Shown here: positions 32,637-44,157 of the stretch, one piece after another
Numbering within the stretch: position 1 is the stretch's first letter
How the letters are laid out: every line of letters begins with the position of its first letter
Assembly: GCF_000281045.1 (NCBI RefSeq)
Contig: NW_008246080.1
Coordinates: forward strand, 381,844-436,509
Source: Saprolegnia diclina VS20
Lineage: Eukaryota
Direction of reading: 5' to 3'
DNA length: 54,666 nt
Program-made: the position numbers and the translations under genes
Notes under the pieces: generated by a model
What the model saw: the letters and a program-made list of their open reading frames with translations, nothing else
Told to the model about the DNA's origin: nothing
The model's database searches: none

Positions 32637-34499
32637 CTAGGCTTGTTTCCAGCCCTTCCAGAGCTCGATGAGGTCGACGATCTCCTGCGCATTCGGGCGC
32701 GCGCTCGGGTCTTGCGCCATGCAGCGGTCAGCGAGGTCTTTCACGAGCTTGGGGCACTTGGCGCTGAAGGGCGGGCGAAACTGGTGCGTCGCGACGCGCT
32801 GCGCGATCGCCATTTGCGCAACCTCCTGCATGTCGGCGTACGGCGCGCGGTGCGTGTCGAGCTCGCAGAGGACAACGCCAAACGAGTAAATGTCGACTTG
32901 CTCCGTGTACTTTTGGCCCAATAGCACTTCGGGGGCGGTCCAGTACACCGTCCCGACACCGACAGTCATGGTTTCGTCGGCCACGCGGGTGCGCGAGATG
33001 CCAAAGTCGCTCAACTTGGCTTCGCCCGTGTCCGAGACGAGGATGTTCTTGCTCTTGAGATCGCGGTGAATGATCGCAGGCGAACGGCCATGGAGGTAGG
33101 CGAGCGCCCGAGCTGTGCCGACCGCCAGCCGCAGCTTGGCGTCCCAGTTCAAATCCATGTTGGCCACGAGGTACCCCGTCACGTCACCTTTGGCGAGGTA
33201 CTCGGTGACCGCGCAGAGGTTCGTGAGCGTATCCCACGCAAAGCCAATGAGGTGCACAATGTGCGGGTGGTCGAGCGCCGCCATGATGCGAATCTCCTCC
33301 GTAAAGCACTCGAGCTCAAACGTGTCGTGGCGCTTGGCGTGCAGGATCTTCTTGATCGCGACTTCCTTGCCGCGGAAGGAGCCGATCCAGACTTCGCCAT
33401 ACGCCCCTTTCGACAAGATGCGGTGGCACGTTACCGCGCCGTACGGCAAGCGCCGGGAAAACAAGAACGGGTCGTGCTCGAACGCGTTGAGCTTGAGCGA
33501 CGCCGCAGCCGTCCCGACGTTCATTTCCTGGAGCTGACGCTCGTACGAGTCTTCTTCCTCCGGCTCCGGGCGTTGGTTCTTATGGCGCAAGAACGCGTTG
33601 CCGAGGAAGCCCGGCGCGTCATTCGTGCGTCGCTTCTTCTTGCGCGGCTTGCGCACAAAGAAGAACCAGTAGCCGCCACCAGCGAGCAGCACGAGGCCGA
33701 GGAGCACACCGAGTACAATCGCGGCGGTCGACGATGATGACGCACCAGGCGCCGCCGTCTTGATTGCTGCGCGCACTTCGAGGAGCCATGACGTCATGGC
33801 GTCCGAGGTTGGCGGGACGCACCACTTGGGTGCGGTGCCACTGCCGCTGCCCGACGCGACGACCGCAGTCGAGTAGATGGCGCACGGAATCGCGAGGCCG
33901 CCGGGCGTCGACGGACACGACCCGATCGACGTTGTCGTGCTCGTGTCGGCGCCGCCAGCGCTGGTCGCGTGGATGGCCATGATGGCGCCGGATGTCGCCG
34001 TGTGCTGGTACACGCGCAGGTCAAACGGCCGCGTCGCGCCGAGCGCGTCTTGGCTCCACACGCTCGCATTGCTCGTGAACGCACTCTTGAGCGGGACTGC
34101 GCACTTGGTGAGCTTGAGCGGGAACGAGCCAATATCCTGGCGTGCGTAGTTGCCGGTGGACGCGGGGCAGGTCGCGAGAGCGACGCCGGCGGCCGCGACC
34201 TCGGCTTTCGTGAGGCCAATCGAGGCCATGGCCCGGCCGACGCCGTCGCTTTCGCAGCTCGTGTACACTTGCGTATACGTCGTCGCGTCGGTTTGCACGA
34301 GGCCGTGGTCCCAAAGAAGCGCTTGCTTTTGCAAGGTCGAGAGGGCGTTCCAGGAAAGGCCGACGCGCGTGAGGCGGGTGGCCACGCTCGTCGGCGCGGT
34401 GCTGGGCACGCTTACTGTGCTGGCGACGCCTTGCGCCACGAGGCTCTTGCAGCGCGCGACGACGTCGGCCGACTCGGTCCAGACTGCTGTCGTGGCCAT
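32637..34499 (-). CDS. Receptor-like TKL kinase RLK-A (unrecognised N-terminal domain + TM + kinase)
   Basis: MATTAVWTESADVV..., TM IVLGVLLGLVLLAGGGYWFFFV followed by RKPRKKKRR, and kinase motifs SKGAYGEV, VAIKK, HRDLKSKN, DFG, WTAPE. Confidence 0.9.
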   Translation of the reverse strand: MATTAVWTESADVVARCKSLVAQGVASTVSVPSTAPTSVATRLTRVGLSWNALSTLQKQALLWDHGLVQTDATTYTQVYTSCESDGVGRAMASIGLTKAEVAAAGVALATCPASTGNYARQDIGSFPLKLTKCAVPLKSAFTSNASVWSQDALGATRPFDLRVYQHTATSGAIMAIHATSAGGADTSTTTSIGSCPSTPGGLAIPCAIYSTAVVASGSGSGTAPKWCVPPTSDAMTSWLLEVRAAIKTAAPGASSSSTAAIVLGVLLGLVLLAGGGYWFFFVRKPRKKKRRTNDAPGFLGNAFLRHKNQRPEPEEEDSYERQLQEMNVGTAAASLKLNAFEHDPFLFSRRLPYGAVTCHRILSKGAYGEVWIGSFRGKEVAIKKILHAKRHDTFELECFTEEIRIMAALDHPHIVHLIGFAWDTLTNLCAVTEYLAKGDVTGYLVANMDLNWDAKLRLAVGTARALAYLHGRSPAIIHRDLKSKNILVSDTGEAKLSDFGISRTRVADETMTVGVGTVYWTAPEVLLGQKYTEQVDIYSFGVVLCELDTHRAPYADMQEVAQMAIAQRVATHQFRPPFSAKCPKLVKDLADRCMAQDPSARPNAQEIVDLIELWKGWKQA

Positions 34500-35348
34500 G
34501 GCGGATTGCGATGTGGGACTACTCTGCGACCCGTTGGACTGCGCTGTCACGTTCTGCAAAACCAGATTTGTGTTCGTCGGTCGATTTGCGTCGGTATCGA
34601 CGTGTTGCACATTTGCGACAGCGTTGCCACCTGTGTTGGCGTAAGAGAGATACCGTGACACACTTGCACTTTTGTGCCGCAACAGAGACGCATTTGCGTC
34701 GACATAAATCGCAGCCCCCTCAACGCGCCAGACGACGCACCGTGCATGTAATGCCCATACCCTCGGCCGCGCAGTCGATGGCCGATCATTGCCACCTCCC
34801 CAGCTCCTGCAAAAGGCGGCCCACCGCCCTATATTTACAGGCCCAAGTGCCATTGACGAATGTGTATATCGTTTTACGGCGAGAAGGTTGAGCGCTTGCA
34901 AGCACTCACTGCTCACAGAACCGCGTCTTGGGTGGGCGACGGACGATGCTAGACACTGGCGACGTCTACAGCACATCGTCACGGAGGTACCGTCGTCACA
35001 GCAAACTCGAAAAAGGACGCCAGCGACCAAGAAAAGGCCGTTGCTTGGTCTCTTGGCCTATCGCTACTGGCGTCGTGCCGGGCAGTTGATAGCTCAGTTG
35101 ATGGGCCTGAATTCTGTGCTATTTCATCACAATCCAAACACTGGCATCATCCACCTTCCATCATTCCAGCGGCGTCTTCATGATCCTCCGCTCGTGTCGC
35201 ATTATTTGCTTGCATTTTTCAGATTTTTTTAGTGCCTCGTATTTCGACCACTCGTTGCGTTTAGCGCATATACCGTGTCCATATGCGTTCAACGCAGGCA
35301 TTCTTTGTTTTAACCGCCTTATCCAACCTATAAAACGCCTTCGCCGTT

Positions 35349-36710
35349 ATGACGTTTTTCGAAATCCAACTGCGAATGTCGAGTGGAGCCGTGGTTCGTC
35401 GGCGGCGCGAGGCCAAGCATCGCCGGCGCGACGAGACCGACGAGAGCTCCGACTCGATGGTCGAGCAGCCAGCGACGGGCTGGCGCGAGCCGCGCTGGGA
35501 CTTTACGACCAAGGCCAAGGACGTGACGTTGCTCGTGGACGAGGACAAAGCGAAGAAGTGGCAAAGCTTCAAGACGCGCACGATCTACACGCTGCTCATG
35601 ATCGTGGCCTTCCTTGGCATCGTCTTTGGCCTCAAGCAGCCGGGTTGCTGCGCGCTCGTGTTTGTGCTGCAGGCCATTATGTACGGCGAGCTCGTCGCGC
35701 TCATGTTCAAGCACCAAGTCGAGAACGAGATGCCCATGTTCCGCCGGCTGTACTACTACTGGTTCTTTGTCTGCACGTTCTTTGTCTATGGCCGCGCGCT
35801 CATGCCCCACTTTGAAGTCCACGAGTTTGACCACGTGTTTGGCCTCTACTTTCTCGAGAAGGGCTTCATCGTGCAGCACCACACGGCGATCTCGTTCGCG
35901 TTGTACGTCGTCGGCTTTGTCTCGTTCGTCTTTAGCCTCCGGAAGCGCAAGCACTACAAGTACCAATTCTCGCAGTTTGCGTTCTGCCACGTCGCGCTGC
36001 TCATGATCGTTGCGCAGTCGACCTTTATGATCTCCAACATGTTTGAAGGCCTCATCTGGTTCCTGCTTCCGTGCTCGCTCATCATTGTCAACGACGTCTT
36101 TGCGTACATTTTCGGGTTCTTTTGGGGCCGGACGCCGCTGATTCCAAAGCTGTCGCCCAAGAAGACGTGGGAAGGCTTCATTGGCGCATACGGCGCGACC
36201 GTGCTCTGGTCGATGGGCTTTTCCCGCTTCATGGCGCAGTACGAGATGATGGTGTGCCCCCAAGTCGGCTTTCACCTCGCATTCAAGAGCTGCACGCCCG
36301 CGCAAATCTTTGTACCACTGCCGCTCCATGCGTACCCGACGCTGTCGCAGTACGTGCCCGAGATGCTCCTCGAGTTGACATTGGCGCCGATCCAGTACCA
36401 CATGGTGTTCTTCGCCATCTTTGCGTCGATCGTCGCGCCGTTTGGTGGCTTTTTTGCTTCTGGCTTCAAGCGCGCGTTCAAGATCAAGGACTTTGGCACG
36501 AGCATTCCGGGCCATGGCGGCGTCGTCGACCGCATGGACTGTCAGATCATCATGGGCATGTTCACGTTCGTGTACTTTACCAACTTTATCCAGCGTCCGG
36601 ACCGCGTCTCCAACATCTTGCGCGTGCTCGAGCGCTTGACGGACGAAGAGCAGCTCGTCGTTTTTCAAAAGTTTCAGCACTTGCTTCTCGAATCGGGCAT
36701 CTTGGACTAG
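35349..36710 (+). CDS. CDS1: Phosphatidate cytidylyltransferase (CDP-DAG synthase); alternative start 35376
   Basis: NDVFAYIFGFFWGRTPL..KLSPKKTWEGFIG and PFGGFFASGFKRAFKIKDFG..IPGHGG..DRMDCQ signature. Confidence 0.95.
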   Translation: MTFFEIQLRMSSGAVVRRRREAKHRRRDETDESSDSMVEQPATGWREPRWDFTTKAKDVTLLVDEDKAKKWQSFKTRTIYTLLMIVAFLGIVFGLKQPGCCALVFVLQAIMYGELVALMFKHQVENEMPMFRRLYYYWFFVCTFFVYGRALMPHFEVHEFDHVFGLYFLEKGFIVQHHTAISFALYVVGFVSFVFSLRKRKHYKYQFSQFAFCHVALLMIVAQSTFMISNMFEGLIWFLLPCSLIIVNDVFAYIFGFFWGRTPLIPKLSPKKTWEGFIGAYGATVLWSMGFSRFMAQYEMMVCPQVGFHLAFKSCTPAQIFVPLPLHAYPTLSQYVPEMLLELTLAPIQYHMVFFAIFASIVAPFGGFFASGFKRAFKIKDFGTSIPGHGGVVDRMDCQIIMGMFTFVYFTNFIQRPDRVSNILRVLERLTDEEQLVVFQKFQHLLLESGILD

Positions 36711-36773
36711 CCTCGATGTCGTAGCAAGTGGTACCAAATGAGAGCACAACACAATGCATTGCGTGCAAAGTCA

Positions 36774-37494
36774 CTACTCTATGACGAAGCGTGCGGCCTC
36801 GGCTTGGAACGCGTCGAGGTACGACGTGTCGACGAGGACGGCGCTCGAGTCCGCTTGGAGACGAACAATCATCGCGTCGACGTTCGCAAACGCGTCTTTG
36901 AACGAAGCCTCGACTTGCTGCTTTCCCGTATCGTAAGCGCCGACGACAGTCTTGCGCAGCTCCTTGAGCCGCTCGAGCTCTTGCTCCACACGCTCGATAC
37001 TCGCGGTAAAGTTGGCCTCGTACGTCTCGTGTACGGTCCTATAGGCAAGAACACGGGAGGATCGCCACGAAGAGAGGCTCATCGACGTACATGAGGTCCC
37101 GCTTGTGCTCCTCGATCTGTTTCATGGTGGTTTGGATCGTCGAGTTGACGCCCTGGGCTTCTGCGATGCGCTTCTTCTTGGCGAGCGCAAAGAGCTGGTC
37201 GAGGTCCTTCTGGAACGCGTCCGTGTACACCTGGACGCAGTCGGCCATGCCCTGGGTCTTCTGCCGAGCTTTCTTCGCAGCATGGCATTGTCGCATGAGA
37301 TCTCCGCCAATGTCCTACATGCAGCATGCTACCTTCTCCGACATGCGCTGGAAGACGTGCTTCATGGCGGCCATCTCCTCGTCGAGGTTCTCGCCATCGC
37401 CGCCGACCTGCTGGCCGGGGTCTTCCTGCGCCGGCGCCTGCGACGCAGCGTCGTCCAGCATGTCATGGTCCTCGTCCGACTGGGAGCTCCACAT
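36774..37494 (-). CDS. Hypothetical coiled-coil protein (2 introns)
   Basis: Three exons with GT-AG introns, an acidic N-terminus and a long heptad-rich helical region. Confidence 0.65.
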
Positions 37495-37663
37495 CGTCAA
37501 TCGGCTGCTGCTGGGTTCGGGAGCAAATTGGGAAATGAGCCAATCTTCGCGCGCAAACCGTCCGACAAGATCGCGTCAAACCGGCTGGTCATTGCCTCGA
37601 GCGGTTCGACTCGGCTCGACGAAACGGCGGTTTCATGGCCAAAATCGAAGAACGTAAGATCTT

Positions 37664-37703
37664 CGAGTAACCGGTAGTCGAATCGAGTAACGGGTAATCG
37701 AAC
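37664..37703. repeat. Tandem 20-bp imperfect repeat in promoter region
   Basis: cgagtaaccggtagtcgaat / cgagtaacgggtaatcgaac. Confidence 0.75.
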
Positions 37704-38368
37704 CGTCACTGATTTCCAACCGGCACCCTGCTACTGCAGTATAGCAGCTAGTAGCCCCTTACGTTCAATGCAATGAGACCCAATTTTTGTGCTAGGTGCT
37801 TGCAGTCACGGGCACAACATCTCATTTTCCTGCATTGATAACGACAATTTCTTGTGCCAGTCGGTGCGAAAACCATCCCTTGAGGCGGTATGAACCAGGG
37901 AATAATTGCATAACGTTACCAGAACCTAAACTTAATTGCCCTGTTTTACTACCAACGCTAGTAGAGCTTTATACACAACTTGAACAAACTGGGATCCAGC
38001 ATTTCTCTCACAATATGGGTACATCTGCACCCTAGATACCCCATCTTCAACTCGCGTGCCGCCTTTGAAGGGACGAAACAGCCACCATTCTGGGACCTAA
38101 ATGCATCGCAATCTAGGCGCTACTCTATCTGTCAAAGCTTTTCGATTACGATAGTCTGCACGGGGTCGACGTCAACGTGGCTTTGACGCCTTGACAGCAA
38201 ACGCAGGACGGGTGGGTCAACAACTTTCGGGGGTCGAACAAAACGTTTGCAACACAATGTGTTTTAAACACATTGGCGTTGTCTGATTGGGCGAAGCATG
38301 CTGGCACTGTCCACTGCCAAGTGTTCCAGCGCATCTGCGACGCCAGAGATCAAGTCGGCTCGACGGTG

Positions 38369-40243
38369 ATGGCCAGCACAAAGCAAGAGACCGCAACGAT
38401 GGCCGACGACATGGACGAGAGTAGCGTGCATTGGAAGCTCAAGGCGCGGACCTTTGCGATCACGTTCTTCAGCTACGCCATGTTCCACGTCGCACGCAAG
38501 TCCTTCTCGTCCATCAAGGGCGAGCTTAGCCGCGAAGAATGGATGGTGTCGTCCTTGACAAGTAGCCAAAGCAACATGTACGGCATCATGGACATGGTCT
38601 TCATGGGCTGCTATGCGTCCGGCCTATACGTCAGCGGCATGATGGGTGACCGCGTCGACCTACGCCTCTTCATCACGCTTGGCATGGTGTGCACCGGCGC
38701 TGCGCTCGTCGTCTTTGGCCTCGCGGGCTTTGCGAACGTGCACGCCTTTGCGTTTTTCGTTGTGCTCTGGGGCATCAACGGCCTCGTGCAGTCGTGCGGC
38801 TGGCCGTCCAACGTGGCCGTCATGTACGTTGCAGCTCGAGTCTTCTCCGCTTAGTAAACGTGTGTTTAGGTCCAAATGGTTTGGTCACAACGAACGAGGC
38901 GGTACGACGACATGCACTTGATACGTTGATATTTATGACTTGATGCGTAGTTGCGATGGGCTTGTGGAGCGGGTGTGCGTCGTTTGGCAACATTTTCGGC
39001 GGCGCGCTCGTCGGACTTCTCTGCTCGTACTTGGACGCGTCGATTGCGTGGAAGGTCGTCTTGCTTGTCGCGGGCGGCTTGCTCTGGCTCCTCGCCCTTG
39101 TTGTGTACTGTTTCTTAATTCCCGACCCGGCCGACGTCCCGTCGCTCGTGGCCACCAACGAGACGCCCGATACACCGGTGACCAAACCGAATATTCTCGA
39201 GCCGACGATCGCCAAGCCGGCGCATGTGCCTGGGATCTCGTTCTGGCGTGCCTGGCTCATCCCTGGCGTACGTCGTAATGGTCTGTTTATCTTTGAGAAG
39301 CAATGGTTTAGGTATTGCCGTACGCCTTGGCGTATGCATGCATCAAATCGGTGAGCTACTCGCTCTTCTTTTGGGTCCCCTACTACCTCACGGTCGCCTT
39401 CTCGATGGACACGTCCCGCGCCAATTTCTACTCGGTCGATTCCTCGATTTTCAAAATCGGTGTATGTTTTATGGTGCAAAATAGATTTTGTACGACTGCG
39501 GAGCGATTCTCGGTGCTGTCTCGGGCGGCTACGCGACCGATCGCATGCAAGTGCGGTCGCCGTACGTCGTCGTCTCGCTCGTGCTCTCGGCGTCGGTGTT
39601 TCTTGATACCTTGATATTTTTCCAATTTTGATATCTGTAGCATTGTGCTGCACTTTCTATTTGGCGCGACCGAGCACCAAACCGCCGTCATTCTGTTTGC
39701 GCTCGGGCTTCTCACGGGCGGCCCCGAGACGCTCATCACGACTGCGATTTCCGCCGACCTCGGCACGCACCCGTCCCTCCACGGCAACCAAGCGGCGCTT
39801 GCGACGGTCGCTGGCATCATTGACGGCACTGGCAGCTTTGGCGCGGCGCTAATGCAATTTGTCGTCGGCGCCGTCGCGCACTGCGAACAAACGTGCACGG
39901 TAGTCGTATCCATGTTTCAATGTATCAATCGTGTTGATACACGTGCTACTCGCTTTAGCTCCAAAATGTGTGCACGACGACGTGCGGCTGGGCCAACGTC
40001 TTTTCCGTACTGCAGGTCATGCTTGTCGTCGGCGTCCTCTGCCTCCTCAAGATGCTCTACCAAGACACGCAGTCGCTTCTCCTCACGTCCGATAAAATCA
40101 AGCAAATCAAGACGCATCGTGACTCTCTCATATACGTCTGTAGGCGCGACTCGGCCGGCCGGCACGCCAAGATCCCGGTCACGGGCGGCGACCACTCGGA
40201 CTTTGCCGCTGACGCGCGGGCCGACGTACCGCTTCTGTCGTAA
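38369..40243 (+). CDS. MFS sugar-phosphate/glycerol-3-phosphate exchanger (SLC37/GlpT family; multi-exon)
   Basis: ITFFSYAMFHVARKSFS, GDRVDLR, NGLVQSCGWPSNVAVM..WF...ERG and GGPETLITTAISADLG...ATVAGIIDGTGSFGAA. Confidence 0.92.
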
Positions 40244-40403
40244 TGACATCGTATCGTCTTATATGAGATCTGTGTGCGGTAGACGCCATCGCACAACCCG
40301 AATGACATGGTCTCGGTCTGACACAAAATGGCGGCGTCAACACGAGCTAGACTGTCGATGATGACAACATGGTATTCCAGTCTTCTTTGCTTGTTGTCAA
40401 TGC

Positions 40404-42650
40404 TTAAATGCGCTTGATCTCGGTCACGGTGCGCTTGAGAATGTCATGCGACACGAGGTCGTCGTCATCGCCACTGGCCAACGAAGGGAGCGGTAGGATC
40501 GTAACGCTGGCGTACGTCCCGCCGGCCACGCCTTTCGAGAGCTGGCCCGGGTTGATGCACAACGTGTCTTGGACGCTCTATATCGCAATCAGAAATGAGT
40601 GCGTTGGCGGAGGGTCGTATTCGTACGCCGCAAAAGCGGTTCAGAACCGACGGCAGCACGAGGATATCGGGCGTCAATGGCATCTCGTACTGCGCCATGT
40701 ACTTGAGGTCGAGCGGTGTCTCGGCCGTCGACGGAAACAGCGGGAAAAAGCTAATTCCATGAATCTTTCAATGTATCAAGTCCACGCGTGTACCTTTTCT
40801 GGCGCAGCACTTGCTCCGAGAGGCGAATGAGGCGCTGCTGCGAATGGTTTTGCGCGCTACGGTCCACCATCACGTCAAGCCTCGTCGGATAAAACACACA
40901 ACGGACCGGTGCAGCTCGGCGCCGCCAAGCTCCAAGAGAATATCCGACGACGTGACGCCAAACACGGTCCCATGGACGGCAAACGTGCACGGATTCGACA
41001 TCAAGTGCACGCGCTACATACATCGCCTTTATACATCCGAGGATAGGAGGATACGAGGATACCTTGTTGTAGCTGCTCGAGTCGAGTGCCTCCATAGTCT
41101 TCTTGCGATCGAACGGCGGCTGCGGGTACACGTACGCGTGGTTGACGTCGCGCAACGACGGAATGAGCACGACTTGGAGATTCGGCACGGCCGCGAGTAG
41201 CTGGTTGATGCGGGCCATGACTAGGCAGGTTAGTCGAACATGAGGACAAGGTTTAGGGTTGCGTCGCCATCAAGTGTCGTACTGTGCAAGAGAAAGATAT
41301 CGTCAAAGGACACGAGCATGTCGTCGTACGTGGCAATGCCATCTTTGAAGCTAGCGTGGTTGGCGTCAATGAACGGCCCAATCTAACGCCAAGTTAGTTC
41401 TTGTGGTCCTATCACGAGAACGGGACGTACGAGGATGACCACGTCGGGCTGCTCCTTCATTGCGACCGCAAACAGGTCTTGCAGCGGCTGGTAGTTGGCA
41501 TCCGTGTTGGGCGTGAACGGCCCAGACGCGATAAAGAGGCGCACCGGGCCGCCGTGTGTGGCGTGGAGTGTCCGCAGCGTCGCCTTGGGCGTCGTTGGCA
41601 GCGGCAGCATACTCGGCTATTCCACTGCGTGTCGCCACGTCATAAGAAACATAGAAAGGACGTACGTCGATGACTTGGCGAACCGCCATCGGGTTGCGCA
41701 AATCGCTGTAGACACCCTCGACGGCTACAATCTACAATGGACAAATATGGTCCATTCTAGTGGAGAGGTAGACCCAACGTACTTTGCCAGGAAACACTTC
41801 AAACGATGGCACTTGGCTCAGGTCGAGGAGCACACGCTGCCCGCCGCAGTAGGGACGCGCGCCTTCGAGCTGCACGACGCTCGAGTTGAGTTTGCCTTCA
41901 GCGGCTTCGCACACGATGCGCCCGACCACCGTGACCGTTGCTGGCGACGGATCCCCGATCGCGCCAAACTCCATGGTGGGGTGGGCGGCCGCGAGTGCCT
42001 CCTGGAATGCGACGAGCTGCGCATCGAGGGCGATCGCTCGCTCGGCGCTCGGCGTGTACATAAAGTTGGACGACGACTGCATGTGCTTTTCGGGCGCCAG
42101 AAGCGCAATCTTGACGGCGGCCGCGTGCGTCGTCTCGGGCACCATCGCCTTGAGGGATGCGTTGAACGAGTCGACGACTTCGCCAGCGTTCTGCCGCCCC
42201 GCGTACTCGGCGGCCGACGGCGGCGACTGGAACGACCTATCTTAGCATGAATACCTGCGTGCATGGCGGATGGGTGGCCGCGTACGAGGGCGAAAAGATG
42301 CCGGACGCTTTCTGCGCCTTGGCCTCCGGGCTCTGGAACGACGACGGCGGCGGGCGCTTCTTGGGCGTCTCGCTGAGCGGCTCGCGCTTGACGATCGACT
42401 TGGTCGGCGCCTTGGGCTTGGCCTTGGCCTTCTCGCTCAGCGTCGTGCGAAAGCCAGCAAGCGCGTCCTTCGTTGCCGTGCTCACGTTGGCGTTCATCGA
42501 GTAGGCGTCCCAGTGGTCGGCAAAGACGTCGCCCGAGACGCCGAACTCCAAGCACAAGGCCACGCACGTGTCGAGAGCGTCGTCCTCGAGGGCCAAGCTG
42601 CGGCTGCCAAAGGCAGCGGCGATCTCGTCCGCACTCGCCCCTCCACGCAT
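40404..42650 (-). CDS. POLA2: DNA polymerase alpha subunit B (multi-exon)
   Basis: VVGRIVCEA.EGKLN..VV.LEG, FPG, IASGPFT, PDVVIL.GPFID, LIPSLRDV.H.YVYPQPPF, PDILVLPS.L and CINPG.L.KG..GGTY. Confidence 0.92.
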
Positions 42651-44157
42651 CGCGGCCAAAACCCCAAAACGAAACTTACCTGAGAGGTCCCGCCAAAAGA
42701 TTTTGGCCAATCGCCGTCGCGGATCGAAATACTGTCATACTACATATACGTATGCATTCTGGGAGGTTTGGATCTTGCTGCAAAAACGGCGGGAAATATC
42801 CCAACGTTGGATCCTCTGCCTCGACCAAGTAGATTGAGGATCACACTAACGTCAAGGCCACGAGCTAGCACCAATGTCGTGCCAGGAGCAAGGCTTGCTG
42901 TAGGTACTACGACGCTCTGCGCTCGCCGTTGTTTGCGATGCAAAGGCTACAAAATGATCCTAACGAGATTTCGGACTCTGAGTGGCCATTCATCCCGCTG
43001 GGTTATTAAGAATACCGGTAGAGCTACTTCTCCTGCTGCGGAATCGTGACGCGACGGTGGTGCAGCTCGCGTCTTCTCACCAAAGTCGCACGCCTGTGGA
43101 AGCAATTGCTGAACGCAAAATCATTTACTTTACATTACACGGCTAATTGCGACCGAGGACAAGTAATTCTCTATACTTACGCCAACGTGATGACACTGGG
43201 AGCTTGATTGCCGTGCGCCACGGAGCAACCTCTCAGCCAAACACACTCCGGTCCGATCTCTGCATCGCACCGTCAAGCTTCAAGGATCCACTGGCTGCAG
43301 AACCCAGTCGAACGCAGTATACCACAGTCCCATCCGGGGTCCTTTTCGGATTTCATTTTTGCGTACCGTTGGGCGATCTCCAAGCTCCATTTCTTGCCTC
43401 CTTGGGTCGACACGATCAAGCACGAAAGCCTCACTCTGTTCTCGGGCTCGCTGGATCACAGGCCGATCACAGACAAGACGAATCAACATTGCTTGCAGGT
43501 TCCTTGAGGCCGTGCACCAAAGCTCGGGTGCCACGCTTTGGTACTAAACCAGTAGCTTGGCTCTGTGAAGGCCCGTCGAGCAACCAGTATACCCTCGTGC
43601 CTGGCAGTCGTCGATCGAAGCGCTTCAACTTCGTGTTCGGCTGATCGCGGTTGTTGTGCACGTCGAGCACCCGAGTACGAGTCATTCATTGGTTTAAAAG
43701 CAAATGCAAACGTCGTGCGATTGGCCAATGCCCCACAAAATGCGATGGCGCCGCTCACACAGACGGCCGAGACACAAGCCACCTGGTCGAACTCACGCAT
43801 GTGTCGCTGCTGCACGCAGGACGGCACCGACTTTGCACCCGCTTCACGCGCCCGCTACAGCCGTCCTCGCCATTTCACCGACGCACAATATGTACCGGGT
43901 GCACCAACCACGCCAGCCAGCGAATCGGTAGGAGCCTACGCTGCGTCGGCCCAAGGTGCGTAGGACGTTCGATGATAGGCGTGCGAGGATCTCATCTTCG
44001 GCGATCAGCAGCTCAGTACCTCCCGTGACCTTGGCGAGTATTCGCCAAACTTTAAAAATGCATACAGCAACAGAGACATTGTTTTAAAGCGAGATATGCG
44101 ACATGCTTGAAGCCGCCACCGCTTTCGAAGATCAACATCCGGCCAGTTGCCAAGACG

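Noticed and set aside
34500..35030. N-terminal ORF extensions of the RLKs (also 46786-46893, 51234-51557) as signal peptides or extra domains
   Set aside because: They are not conserved between paralogs and have no hydrophobic core. Homology starts at the downstream ATG.
36774..37494. Coiled-coil protein as a SYCP3-like meiotic axis protein
   Set aside because: Only generic size and heptad resemblance, with no specific motif I can support.
35349..40243. CDP-DAG synthase and G3P-transporter proximity as a lipid gene cluster
   Set aside because: Two housekeeping genes separated by an unrelated gene, with no evidence beyond adjacency.
42700..44100. 1.4-kb intergenic region with several short ORFs as a possible transposon relic
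   Set aside because: I could not identify terminal repeats, target-site duplication or transposase/RT motifs.
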